From contig JBAZNI010000001.1 in assembly GCA_041649295.1 (NCBI GenBank), positions 76,720 through 140,719 of the forward strand: DNA of 64,000 nt, in the 5' to 3' direction. Positions within the stretch are counted from its first letter, which is position 1; the number at the start of each line of letters is the position of its first letter. The position numbers and the translations under genes were made by a program. This DNA is from Candidatus Pacearchaeota archaeon. Its GTDB lineage: Archaea; Nanobdellota; Nanobdellia; Pacearchaeales; GW2011-AR1. Below the pieces are notes generated by a model. The model was not told where the DNA came from. It saw only the letters and a program-made list of their open reading frames with translations, and did no database searches. Of the stretch, positions 49,487 through 58,495 are shown piece after piece.

Positions 49487-50169
49487 TATTCAGCTTCTCC
49501 TTTTTCATTATTTAAAAATTCTTGTACTTTGTCTGTAAGTCCGTGAACAAAAGATTTTTCTGTTACAAATAAAATTGCTTTTTTTGCAAGCAATTCAGCT
49601 TCAACATTTTCTCCTCTAATCCATACTATACCATTTTGCCCTACAACTATTTTTGAATCTGTTGCATCTTTAATTATTTTAATCATGCTTCCTTCTTTGC
49701 CAATAACTCTTGGAACTTTATTTGGATTTATAAAATAAATTATTCCCCCTTCAAGTTTTCCCAAACCTCTTCCATCCATAGTCAGGTCTATTGACTTTGC
49801 ACTTACTGATTTTATTTTTGCACAAAAAAAATCTCCAATACCTAAAAATTCTGACAGGTTATTTTTGTCAAGATATCGGGGTATTTCTGAAACGGGCAAA
49901 AATGACTGCAAAGGAGAATCAATGTCTGTAATCCACCCATTAAATGTTATGTCTTCAACTTTTCCAATTATTACATTTCCCCGCCGTGGGATAAACACAC
50001 CTGAAAGCGGGATTACTTTGATAAGATTCTCGCTTCTTTCTACAATCCCAAATCTTTGTGCAACTATTTCATTGTTTTCGCTTCTTGTTCCATCACCTGG
50101 AATAAATCCGCTCTGGGATTCAATTACCTCGCCAGGAACTACAATTTCCCTTTCATTTTCCTCACTCAT
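49486..50169 (-). CDS. rrp4: Exosome RNA-binding subunit Rrp4 (S1 plus KH)
   Basis: S1 domain GDIVIGKV-like block and KH GxxG. Confidence 0.8.
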   Translation of the reverse strand: MSEENEREIVVPGEVIESQSGFIPGDGTRSENNEIVAQRFGIVERSENLIKVIPLSGVFIPRRGNVIIGKVEDITFNGWITDIDSPLQSFLPVSEIPRYLDKNNLSEFLGIGDFFCAKIKSVSAKSIDLTMDGRGLGKLEGGIIYFINPNKVPRVIGKEGSMIKIIKDATDSKIVVGQNGIVWIRGENVEAELLAKKAILFVTEKSFVHGLTDKVQEFLNNEKGEAE

Positions 50170-50843
50170 TTTTCCTTAATCTCCTCGCTTAAAACACTCC
50201 CATGTGTTGCAGAGTTTAATTTATCATAAAATTCCATTTGCAATCCTGATGGAATATTTAATATTGCTTTTAAATCTCCGTTTGATTTCCATTCTTCAGA
50301 TTCTTTATATGGCTGGATTATTCCATAAGCATATCCTGTATATTGTGCAGGAATTGTTACTAAAATTTTTTTAACAGAAACTTTTATTGGCATAATTAAG
50401 GATAATTTTTCAACAACTTCAGACATCTGGTTTTCAATAGGTTTATTACTTATATTAACCCCAGATTCATCAAGTGCAGTTTCAATTCTTTCTGGGGTAT
50501 ATGGCCTGTTGCTTCTTGGGTCAATAGCATTTCTAACTAAAAAATCAACAACCTGCTTGAATTTTCCTTCTCTTTGCTTTTCTCTGTATTCTGTTGAAAT
50601 TTGTATCTCTCCGTCTTTAATTATTTTTTGAGCAATAATATTTACATCTGTTGTTCCAAATGCCTCTTTAAGTTCTTTTTCACCAGCTCTTTCTCCTTTT
50701 TTTGAATCTGTAAACACTTCATCAAATTCCAAAACTCCGGATATATCCCCTTTTCCGGTTTTTTTAAATGTAAGAGCTTTATCAACATCAACTAGAATTT
50801 CATAATGTTTTCCTTTTGCTTTAATCCTTGCTATATTGCTCAT
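50166..50843 (-). CDS. sdo1: SBDS/Sdo1 family ribosome maturation protein
   Basis: N-terminal FYSH domain pattern KGKHYEILVD; operon position. Confidence 0.8.
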   Translation of the reverse strand: MSNIARIKAKGKHYEILVDVDKALTFKKTGKGDISGVLEFDEVFTDSKKGERAGEKELKEAFGTTDVNIIAQKIIKDGEIQISTEYREKQREGKFKQVVDFLVRNAIDPRSNRPYTPERIETALDESGVNISNKPIENQMSEVVEKLSLIMPIKVSVKKILVTIPAQYTGYAYGIIQPYKESEEWKSNGDLKAILNIPSGLQMEFYDKLNSATHGSVLSEEIKEK

Positions 50844-50851
50844 TTTCGAGA

Positions 50852-51574
50852 CTAAGCATATTGTTTCAAAGAATTGCCTGTAAGTTTCTTAAGCTTTGCT
50901 TCTTTGTTCTCAATATAAGCCACATCAAATCTGCTTAATTCAAAATTCTTTCCTAGGATTTCCTTGAAGATATCTAATGCTAATTTAATCCCTCCATCTA
51001 TATTTAAGTTGTTATTATATTTTAATCTAAGAATTTCTTTTATCCTTTCATCATTTTCTCCTATTGCAATTGCATTATATGAAAAATAATTTCCAGTTAT
51101 GTCTGAAGAAAATACTTTGCCAACTTCATTGTCAATTCCAGCAAAAATTATTGAAACTCCAAAAGGGCGAGCTCCGCCATACTGGGTGTATAACTGCTTC
51201 GTATTTGCAATTTCTCTTGTTATACTTTCAACTTCAATTGGAGAATTATATGTAACTCTGTTTTGCTGTGCAGCAATTCTTGCTTTGTCAATTAATACTC
51301 TTGCATCACTTAATATTCCTGCAGCACTTGCAACAATATGCTCATCAATTTCATAAACTTTGCTTGCAGATTCAGGGGATATAAGCTTGTCATTTACTCT
51401 TCTATCAGAAACTATAACTACTCCATTTTTACATGCAATTCCTATGCTTGAACTTCCTAATCTTACTGTTTTTTCTGCATATTCCACCTGCAATAGATGT
51501 CCATCTGGAGAAAACATAGTCGCAGTTCTGTCATATCCCATTGCCTGGTGCTGAACTTCGCTTGGCATATCCAT
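50852..51574 (-). CDS. psmA: Proteasome alpha subunit
   Basis: GYDRTATMFSPDGHLLQVEYA N-terminus; 240 aa. Confidence 0.9.
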   Translation of the reverse strand: MDMPSEVQHQAMGYDRTATMFSPDGHLLQVEYAEKTVRLGSSSIGIACKNGVVIVSDRRVNDKLISPESASKVYEIDEHIVASAAGILSDARVLIDKARIAAQQNRVTYNSPIEVESITREIANTKQLYTQYGGARPFGVSIIFAGIDNEVGKVFSSDITGNYFSYNAIAIGENDERIKEILRLKYNNNLNIDGGIKLALDIFKEILGKNFELSRFDVAYIENKEAKLKKLTGNSLKQYA

Positions 51575-51838
51575 TTTAAAAGATACCTATGGTTTCGTTT
51601 AGAAACTTCCTTTATAAAAAAGTTCTTTTATATTTAGATTTTCTTTCATTATAATCTCCATTTATGAGAAGTTGTATAATAATAGTATTTTTCTCTCTTC
51701 TCTACCCACAAATTATAATTAATTATGGTTTAAAAAGTTTACTATGTTTCGTTCTGTCGTAAACTCGGGACTTTATAATGAAAAATAAAAAGATGTCACA
51801 AGAGGGACTTAATTATTTGGCATATTACTTAATAGGTT

Positions 51839-52072
51839 TTATGTCGGGCATTGGAATAATGTTGGGCATATTTGGCATAGCCATTCTTGTATTATTACTT
51901 GAATTATTAGGAGTATAACTAATACACATAGAATAAAAATAAGAGCACAAACGAGAGATACAATTATCCCCCAATCTTCCTCTAAAAAGATTTTAACAGC
52001 TAAACCAAATAAGAAACCAACAAAAGAGCCAATTAAAATAAATAAGAAAATTATTTCAATAATCATATTCAA
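51839..52072 (-). CDS. Small membrane protein
   Basis: Three hydrophobic helices, 77 aa. Confidence 0.3.
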   Translation of the reverse strand: MNMIIEIIFLFILIGSFVGFLFGLAVKIFLEEDWGIIVSLVCALIFILCVLVILLIIQVIIQEWLCQICPTLFQCPT

Positions 52073-52096
52073 TTCCCGCAGAATTGATAATGGCTG

Positions 52097-53338
52097 GTAA
52101 GTTAAATACTTATCGGCTATTTTTTTATACTATTTAATAAAAGTGTATTCCATCTATTCCCCTTAACTTCTATTCCACATCTTTCAGCAGGAGTAAGTTT
52201 ATCCTTTTCAGCTTTCTTTATAAAATTATGGAATACCTTAAATCCGTCTGCATAAGTTTGAGTTTCTGTAACTCCTCTTCTAACTTTTAACATTTCTTTT
52301 TGATGAGTGTGCAAGTTTTCTATTGCATTATTATTTGTTTCGTGTCTATGTCCTTTAATTGATGTAAATTTAATTTTCCTTTCTCTTCCAAAATTTCTAA
52401 ATGTATTCCTGCAACCATCTTCATAACCTTTGTAGCCATCTACAATAATCTGATTAGGCATTTTACCATTCTGTTTATATGCTTCTGTAAAAACCTTTTG
52501 TGCGTCTTTACTCTTTCTACTTCTACCAGAATTAACAGAAGCAAGTAAAAACTTAGTTTGATTATCCATACAATTCCAAACATAATCAAATTCAGAATTT
52601 TGTATTTTAGTCTTTCCTCTTTTAGTTAATACAAGTGTTTCATCAGCGTTCCAAACCCCAGAAGTTTTAGGAGTTAGAGTTTTAGAGTATTTTTCCATAA
52701 CTTCTGTAAATCTTAAAACCCATCTTCTTATTGTTTCGTGGTGTAATTTTAATCCATAAAATTGGTTAAATGTATCTGTAATATCTCTGTAAGATAAGCC
52801 CTTGTAATAACAATCCATAGCAAGACAAACTAATTTAGCATTTCCTTTAATGTATTTAATTGGTTCTAAAACAAATCTTTTTTTACAATCCTTACAGCCA
52901 AATCTTTGCTTATCTCCTGTTTTATCGTGCCTTACCCCTCTCTTGATTAGTTTTGTAGATTTGCAGTAAGGACAGCACTTTTCAGTTGAATTTTCTAAAA
53001 TTAACTCCATCTCTTGTTTTAGAGGTGTTTCTTCTATTTCATAAGCGTTCTTTAACTTTTCAAATAAAAGTATAGCTTTGATATGTTTGCAGTATAAACC
53101 TTTCCCCTTACATCTTAATTCAAAATCTTTGCAGTTACAAGAATAACTATCAAAATGCGTAACTTCATATTTTTTACTGCTATCAAATTGAGATGGAACT
53201 AAGTAAGTATTTTCATCTAAACATTCTGGTTTAGAATGTTCTAAGATTTGTTTTGCTCTTTGCTCTCTATTGTCTGCAAATTGTTTAATATCTTGTGTTG
53301 TTTCCATAGTATTATATAATACTTGTAGTATTTAAACA
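52097..53338. mobile_element. IS6-family insertion sequence (about 1.24 kb) with weak TIRs GTT(T)AAATACT
   Basis: Single DDE transposase ORF; imperfect inverted repeats at 52097-52110 and 53323-53338. Confidence 0.5.
52117..53307 (-). CDS. IS6-family DDE transposase with N-terminal SWIM and zinc-ribbon fingers
   Basis: CNCKDF..C...CKH SWIM; CPYCKS...CKDCKK ribbon; WNADETLV...YVWNCMD...QIIVDGYKGY (D, D, E block typical of IS6). Confidence 0.7.
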   Translation of the reverse strand: METTQDIKQFADNREQRAKQILEHSKPECLDENTYLVPSQFDSSKKYEVTHFDSYSCNCKDFELRCKGKGLYCKHIKAILLFEKLKNAYEIEETPLKQEMELILENSTEKCCPYCKSTKLIKRGVRHDKTGDKQRFGCKDCKKRFVLEPIKYIKGNAKLVCLAMDCYYKGLSYRDITDTFNQFYGLKLHHETIRRWVLRFTEVMEKYSKTLTPKTSGVWNADETLVLTKRGKTKIQNSEFDYVWNCMDNQTKFLLASVNSGRSRKSKDAQKVFTEAYKQNGKMPNQIIVDGYKGYEDGCRNTFRNFGRERKIKFTSIKGHRHETNNNAIENLHTHQKEMLKVRRGVTETQTYADGFKVFHNFIKKAEKDKLTPAERCGIEVKGNRWNTLLLNSIKK

Positions 53339-53406
53339 TTATGGTAATTAGGTAGTATATACTACTTTATACAAATGTTTATAAAGCAATAATACTATAA
53401 TTCTAT

Positions 53407-53577
53407 ATGGAAAAAAAGACTACATCTATTAAAATTAATCCTGAATTATGGCAAGATGTTAAGATACATTGTATTAAGGAAAAAACTGATATTTCTGATT
53501 GGTTAGAGAAGATTATTAAAGAAAATTTGAAAAATAATAAAGATAATAAGAGTAAATCTTATACAAAAATGTTTTGA
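53407..53577 (+). CDS. Ribbon-helix-helix (CopG-like) small protein
   Basis: 56 aa; TSIKINPELWQDVKIHCIKEKTDISDWLEKIIKE strand-helix-helix pattern; below the ORF-track cutoff. Confidence 0.4.
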   Translation: MEKKTTSIKINPELWQDVKIHCIKEKTDISDWLEKIIKENLKNNKDNKSKSYTKMF

Positions 53578-53654
53578 TTACCATTTTTAGATTAATATTA
53601 TATTATATAATATAAAACAAAAGATTTAAATAATATGATTTATATGTTTTATTT

Positions 53655-53915
53655 ATGACAGAGATTATGGATTTAAAAAAATTGAAAAAGAAAAAGAAAA
53701 CCGCAATAAGCATAACTATTAATTCTGAAAATTTAGATTTTTTAAAAGAAGATATGAAGAGAGAAGGTGTTGCGGATATGCCACTATCTTTAGTATTTGA
53801 TAATCTACTTGCAGACTTTGTTAATTATAGAAAATTGCAATTTAAAATAGAAGAGCAAAAAAACCTTAAGGGGAAATCAGGTGAAGATGAACATACAAAT
53901 AAAAAAGAGCAATAA
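53655..53915 (+). CDS. Ribbon-helix-helix (CopG-like) protein
   Basis: TAISITINSENLDFLKEDMKREGVADMPLSLVFDNLLADF. Confidence 0.4.
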   Translation: MTEIMDLKKLKKKKKTAISITINSENLDFLKEDMKREGVADMPLSLVFDNLLADFVNYRKLQFKIEEQKNLKGKSGEDEHTNKKEQ

Positions 53916-53980
53916 AATAATCAGCATTTCTAAAAATAGAAATTATTTAGTTGGAACTTAATAATTAGAATGCTGACAAT

Positions 53981-54068
53981 GAGGGCGTAGCTTAGCCAGT
54001 TAGAGCATTCGGCTGTTATCTGCAGGATAGACACCGAAATGTCGTGGGTTAAAATCCCACCGCCCTCA
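53981..54068 (+). tRNA. tRNA-Asn(GUU) with a 14-nt intron at 37/38
   Basis: Acceptor GAGGGCG/CGCCCTC, anticodon stem TTCGG/CCGAA, loop CTGTTA-[TCTGCAGGATAGAC]-A, T-arm GTGGG-TTAAAAT-CCCAC. Confidence 0.75.
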
Positions 54069-54239
54069 TTATCACTCACCATCGCGATGGATTGGTGAAT
54101 ATAAGTAGTTAGACTTAATAGAAATATTATTTAAACCTTTTGATTTTAGAGAATTATTACAGCCATTAAAGTAACCCAATAGTTTTTTCATTTCAACCTC
54201 TTATTACTATTAATATTATGATAACAATACTTATAAATG

Positions 54240-54419
54240 TTACTTTTTGTTTCCATTTTGTTTTTTAATTCTTATTGCCTCTTTTATTTTTGGTAGATTA
54301 ATACACGCTTTTATCATTTTTTTGAGTGCAATCTTTTTGTTCTTTTCATCTTCAAGAAACATAAATGCGGATAGTATTTCATTTTCTTCGTCGTCGAGTT
54401 CTATTTGTATATGTTTCAT
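54240..54419 (-). CDS. Ribbon-helix-helix-like small protein
   Basis: MKHIQIELDDEENEILSAFMFLEDEKNKKIALKKMIKAC; 59 aa; antisense ORF 54247..54429 is spurious. Confidence 0.35.
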   Translation of the reverse strand: MKHIQIELDDEENEILSAFMFLEDEKNKKIALKKMIKACINLPKIKEAIRIKKQNGNKK

Positions 54420-54544
54420 AAGGAGATAACTCTTTCTCCTTTTAAATATCTATCGGATATTATTATATCTATTAGATATAATTGCTATAAATACTTTTCG
54501 GTTTTAAAACACAAAGATTAAAACTACCAATAATCTATATTTTT

Positions 54545-54889
54545 ATGGGAATTTTCAAAAAGTTAGAGGATTTTTTTACATTACCCAATACTTATGAAGA
54601 ATTACAACAAACAGGAAAGATAGTTACACAGAAAGTAAGTAGGGCTTTATTAATTCACGATTTAGCTTGGAATTATTTGATTTTTAATCATAAAAATAAG
54701 TTCTCTTATTATCCCAATTCATATAGTGTAAATGAATATAATAATGAAATTATATTCAATGGAGAGTTTAATATTAAGTCAAAAAAAGAAGATATATATG
54801 TAAAACTTGAAATTAATGGAGAGAAAAAAGACTTTAAAATTATTCTTATTAAAGAACCAAGAAGTAAAGAAGCTCAAAAATTAAACTAA
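54545..54889 (+). CDS. Hypothetical protein
   Basis: 114-aa ORF. Confidence 0.3.
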   Translation: MGIFKKLEDFFTLPNTYEELQQTGKIVTQKVSRALLIHDLAWNYLIFNHKNKFSYYPNSYSVNEYNNEIIFNGEFNIKSKKEDIYVKLEINGEKKDFKIILIKEPRSKEAQKLN

Positions 54890-54896
54890 GTCCCTA

Positions 54897-55409
54897 ATGC
54901 GACACTCAAATTCAAGTCCCCAATCTGCGACAGAACCACTATGTTTGGTTTTGTGTGAAATTACAATAATATTTAAATACCCACTTATAATTTTTGTGTT
55001 TAAGATGGCAACAATCCCAGAACCGTGTGAAACAAGAAAAAAGGCTTTAGTAGGACTTCATTATGCCCCTATAAAACCATTTATAGGGCGAGCATTAAAA
55101 AGGTTCGGGTATGAAGTTGATATTGTTTCATCTCCAGATGATATGATTGATAAAACCACAGGAACGGAGTATGATTTTTATTTAATGGAGGCAAATCTTG
55201 GAACTCCTGGAGGAACAGATATAACCCCCTCCCTAACTATATATAAATTAGTAGAGGAGCGGGTTAAATCTAGAAAGGCAAAGTTTTTAGCAGTTTCAGG
55301 GAATTATCAAACTGTCGATATTGCCAAAAGAAACGGAATTCCTGCAAGACCTAGCGGAGATGTTTTTATGAATCTGTTTGATTCACTAAGTAAAATTTTA
55401 AGCGATTAA
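54897..55409 (+). CDS. Hypothetical protein, possible receiver-like fold (start probably at internal MATIPEP)
   Basis: KKALVGLHYAP...GYEVDIVSSPDDMIDK...EYDFYLMEANLGTPGG pattern. Confidence 0.35.
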   Translation: MRHSNSSPQSATEPLCLVLCEITIIFKYPLIIFVFKMATIPEPCETRKKALVGLHYAPIKPFIGRALKRFGYEVDIVSSPDDMIDKTTGTEYDFYLMEANLGTPGGTDITPSLTIYKLVEERVKSRKAKFLAVSGNYQTVDIAKRNGIPARPSGDVFMNLFDSLSKILSD

Positions 55410-55430
55410 GTTCTTTATTAAATTTAAGCT

Positions 55431-55691
55431 TCATTTTTTTAATCCCTTTAAAGTTCCGCTTACTTTTTTTACCTTTATACTGGTGTTTAGAACAAAACTT
55501 CCCCGCACTTTGTTGATTTCACTTCTATTTATAGATAAAATCTTGTTTGAAATCCATGCAGGTGATGCCTTTGAATATCCTAAAATTCCAATGTATCTCA
55601 TAATTGCCTCTTCAACTTGCTTTTTTGTGAAATTTCCTTCTAATAGTAAATATCTTTTTTTCTCCCGAAAAGAAGGATTTAATGGTTTCAT
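55431..55691 (-). CDS. rnp2: RNase P protein component Pop5 (short form)
   Basis: MKPLNPSFREKKRYLLLE N-terminus and C-terminal VSGT motif typical of archaeal Pop5. Confidence 0.55.
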   Translation of the reverse strand: MKPLNPSFREKKRYLLLEGNFTKKQVEEAIMRYIGILGYSKASPAWISNKILSINRSEINKVRGSFVLNTSIKVKKVSGTLKGLKK

Positions 55692-55909
55692 AATATCTTC
55701 AATAAAATAGGATAATTAAATGTTTTGATGTAATTATTATTCATATTCTCTTTTTTTATTTATAAATAATTAAGATAAACAAAAGTAGCTACTAGACTAC
55801 CAAATACATCAATAAAATATTGTCTCCAACATTAACAACCTTTCCTTATTACATTAACCCTGCCTTTTTATATCGAAATGTTTAAATCGCTTTACTATTT
55901 TAATAACAG

Positions 55910-56551
55910 ATGCCAAAACCAATTATTGCAACAACTCTTTCAGGATTATTTGTAAAAAATTCTCCATGGGATAAAGCTCATGTTGTCTGGTTTCATGATG
56001 CTTCTGCAAAATTAAAAGATGATGAAGTATTAAATTGGATAGACAAACCAAATTATTTTGATGGAGTAGATGAAGTTATGAATAAACTTTATCCACATCT
56101 TACAAATTCTGATAAAACAATAAAAGCAAGGGAAACATTTTTTGATTCTGTGTGCAAATATATCTTGCAAAATCCATCTGTAAAAAATTCAGATGTAATC
56201 ACATATTTTGAATCTATAAGAAGAAAATATAGAATTGCACTTATAACAACAAATACAAAAGATGCAACTGATAAAATTCTTAAAACACTTAATATGCAGA
56301 GATTTTTTGATATAATCGAGTGTTCAAAACCAGAAGAAAAAGACAACAAGCGTTCTGTATTTGACAGGTTTATTGAAAAATACGGAAAGCCGGAAATTTA
56401 CATAGGCGGAGGAAGAAGAGACAGTTATGATTATTGCAAGGAAAAAGGAATAAAAAGAGTTTTTGCAAATTTTGAGTCAGGAGAAGAAATCGAGGACGTA
56501 AAAACAATCCATACTTTAGCATCATTAAGGGAAATTCTTGAAGGGATTTAA
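55910..56551 (+). CDS. HAD-like hypothetical protein
   Basis: 213 aa; IALITTN..., GGGRRD blocks weakly HAD-like. Confidence 0.35.
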   Translation: MPKPIIATTLSGLFVKNSPWDKAHVVWFHDASAKLKDDEVLNWIDKPNYFDGVDEVMNKLYPHLTNSDKTIKARETFFDSVCKYILQNPSVKNSDVITYFESIRRKYRIALITTNTKDATDKILKTLNMQRFFDIIECSKPEEKDNKRSVFDRFIEKYGKPEIYIGGGRRDSYDYCKEKGIKRVFANFESGEEIEDVKTIHTLASLREILEGI

Positions 56552-56597
56552 TCTGTTACTTCTAAAAAGATACTACATAGACAAAAGATTTAAAAAT
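56545..56597. repeat. 53-bp duplicated promoter module, copy 1 (GATTTAATNTGTTACTTCTAAAAAGATACTACATAGACAAAAGATTTAAAAAT)
   Basis: Second copy 57407-57459, one mismatch. Each ends 20 nt before the ATG of a paralog and carries a TATA-like TTTAAAAAT. Confidence 0.7.
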
Positions 56598-56617
56598 GAC
56601 TTTATCATACAAAGAAC

Positions 56618-57403
56618 ATGGCAGAACCAGAATATGGAGTAATTGAACCAGGAACAATTGAACCAGGAACAATAATTAAAGTTCCGCATAAACAAAAACC
56701 AATAGTAGTAAGTGTTTTTGGACCAAATGGATACTTGGAAAATGTTAAAGAAATGCGAAGACATTTTTCTTGCCTACCATATTATACTGATATAACTTTT
56801 AGGCCAGCTACAACATCTGAATCTATTTCAGCATCAGTTTATGATTTTAAGAATTTAGCAAGACCGCGAATTTTTGATTCAGAAGGGCTTCAGATAGGAA
56901 GAATCACAAGAACTTCAGAGGGTGTTTTTGCAAATGCTTTAGATGAAAACAGCAACCCAATAGTAGATGAATCTGTTTTGAAAAATTTATTAAATGAATG
57001 TAAAAATATTAATGGAATTTGGCTTTATCAAGGTGACAATCCTAATTTAAGAGATTTTGGTTTTGCGCCTTATGATACTTTTAAACAAAGTGAGCTAGAT
57101 GCTGGGCAAGATGCTGGAGATTTTGTAGAAGAGGGGTTAGCAAGAGTATTAGAACATACTGAAGGGTGTGCTGTTAGTCTCCAACAAATAGCATCTAGAA
57201 AAAATTATTCTATGGGAGTTGGTGTTGATAGATTTGATAGTGTTAAAGAACCAGTTCAAAGGGTTGCCTCTTTGTCTTCCGGCTGGGGTAATATGGATAT
57301 CGATTGGTTGGCTGTTGGTGGCGACAACAGGGACATGTATGACGATGGTTATGCTTTTGGGGTATTGGAAAAAGACGCCGAAGGCGTTGCAAAAAATTTT
57401 TAA
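56618..57403 (+). CDS. Hypothetical protein, paralog A (GC-richer)
   Basis: Shares ...W(L/F)..G.D...D.G.AFGV.E... block with 57480..58307. Confidence 0.45.
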   Translation: MAEPEYGVIEPGTIEPGTIIKVPHKQKPIVVSVFGPNGYLENVKEMRRHFSCLPYYTDITFRPATTSESISASVYDFKNLARPRIFDSEGLQIGRITRTSEGVFANALDENSNPIVDESVLKNLLNECKNINGIWLYQGDNPNLRDFGFAPYDTFKQSELDAGQDAGDFVEEGLARVLEHTEGCAVSLQQIASRKNYSMGVGVDRFDSVKEPVQRVASLSSGWGNMDIDWLAVGGDNRDMYDDGYAFGVLEKDAEGVAKNF

Positions 57404-57406
57404 TAA

Positions 57407-57459
57407 GATTTAATATGTTACTTCTAAAAAGATACTACATAGACAAAAGATTTAAAAAT
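57407..57459. repeat. 53-bp duplicated promoter module, copy 2
   Basis: See 56545-56597. Confidence 0.7.
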
Positions 57460-57479
57460 ATCTCTTTTTTAATAGAACT

Positions 57480-58307
57480 ATGGCACAAATAATAGAAGAA
57501 TGCACACTGCCAGATGGAAGAAGAGTTTATCGAGCAGAAGCTCCGCTTGATGAACAATTAAAATTATTCAAGGAAAAAGGAATTAGATACCCTATTAGCA
57601 TTAGAGATATGGCTTATGGAAGAAGTAATGGAAAGTTAATGAAAGGAACAAGAACATGCCACGCGCCTATTTATGCTCCAAACTCTGAAGTTGTTGTTGC
57701 AATGGTTTCTCCATTAGTGAAAAATCAAGAATTAGCTGAACAGGCAGTTCAAGCTCATAAAGAGAATAGATGGTTTGTTCGATCAGTAAAACTTTATGAA
57801 ACATTCAGAGAACAAGCTGAAATAGACAAAGACAAATCTCCTGAAAAAAGAAGAGCAGTTATTCTTCCTTCAAGACAAACATTTTATTTAGGAGGAGATT
57901 CGTATGTATCAGAAACATTATTTCGAGATATGAGAGAAAGATATTTTAATGATTTTGCTAAGAGAGAAAAATTAAAGTTTTTCCTTATTCCTAAAGGAGA
58001 TGTGGATTCTTTGCCTGAAGATAAATGCATATTAAACTATCTGTGGTTTGGTAGTGCTGACTATGACTCCGGCGTTGACGGCGACAGGGGCCTTAATTGC
58101 AGTAGTAGGGCTTTTGGGGTGTCTGAAAGTGCGCCGAAGGCGCACGCGCGAAAAAAATTACTACCAAGAGTAACCTCGCCATATTCTCCAAAACAATTAG
58201 CTGGCAGTTTAAAAATTGTTCAAGGAGTTAGATCTGGAAATTTACCTGCATTAAAACTTGAAAAAGTTGTAGAATTTCTTGCTGGATTAGAAAATAATAA
58301 AAGCTAG
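57480..58307 (+). CDS. Hypothetical protein, paralog B (GC-richer)
   Basis: Distant paralog of 56618..57403. Confidence 0.45.
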   Translation: MAQIIEECTLPDGRRVYRAEAPLDEQLKLFKEKGIRYPISIRDMAYGRSNGKLMKGTRTCHAPIYAPNSEVVVAMVSPLVKNQELAEQAVQAHKENRWFVRSVKLYETFREQAEIDKDKSPEKRRAVILPSRQTFYLGGDSYVSETLFRDMRERYFNDFAKREKLKFFLIPKGDVDSLPEDKCILNYLWFGSADYDSGVDGDRGLNCSSRAFGVSESAPKAHARKKLLPRVTSPYSPKQLAGSLKIVQGVRSGNLPALKLEKVVEFLAGLENNKS

Positions 58308-58495
58308 GTTTTGTATTTATCTTTGCCTCGATTAAAGAGGCCACATGCTATTTTGTTAGCATATTATATAGTTTTCAAGGCTGGAAAGCTTATGTAACTT
58401 AGTCAGATAGCAGAGGTTTAATTGACAAATTTGAAAGTAAAAATTTCCTCTGCAAACATATTTAAACTTATTTCAGGTTTTAATCTTGATTTAAG

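Noticed and set aside
57230-58150. A-poor GC-rich segments in the two paralogs as possible extra DGR variable repeats
   Set aside because: No alignment to the TR at 21840-21924. Mismatches between the paralogs are not confined to a common adenine pattern, so they look like ordinary paralog divergence.
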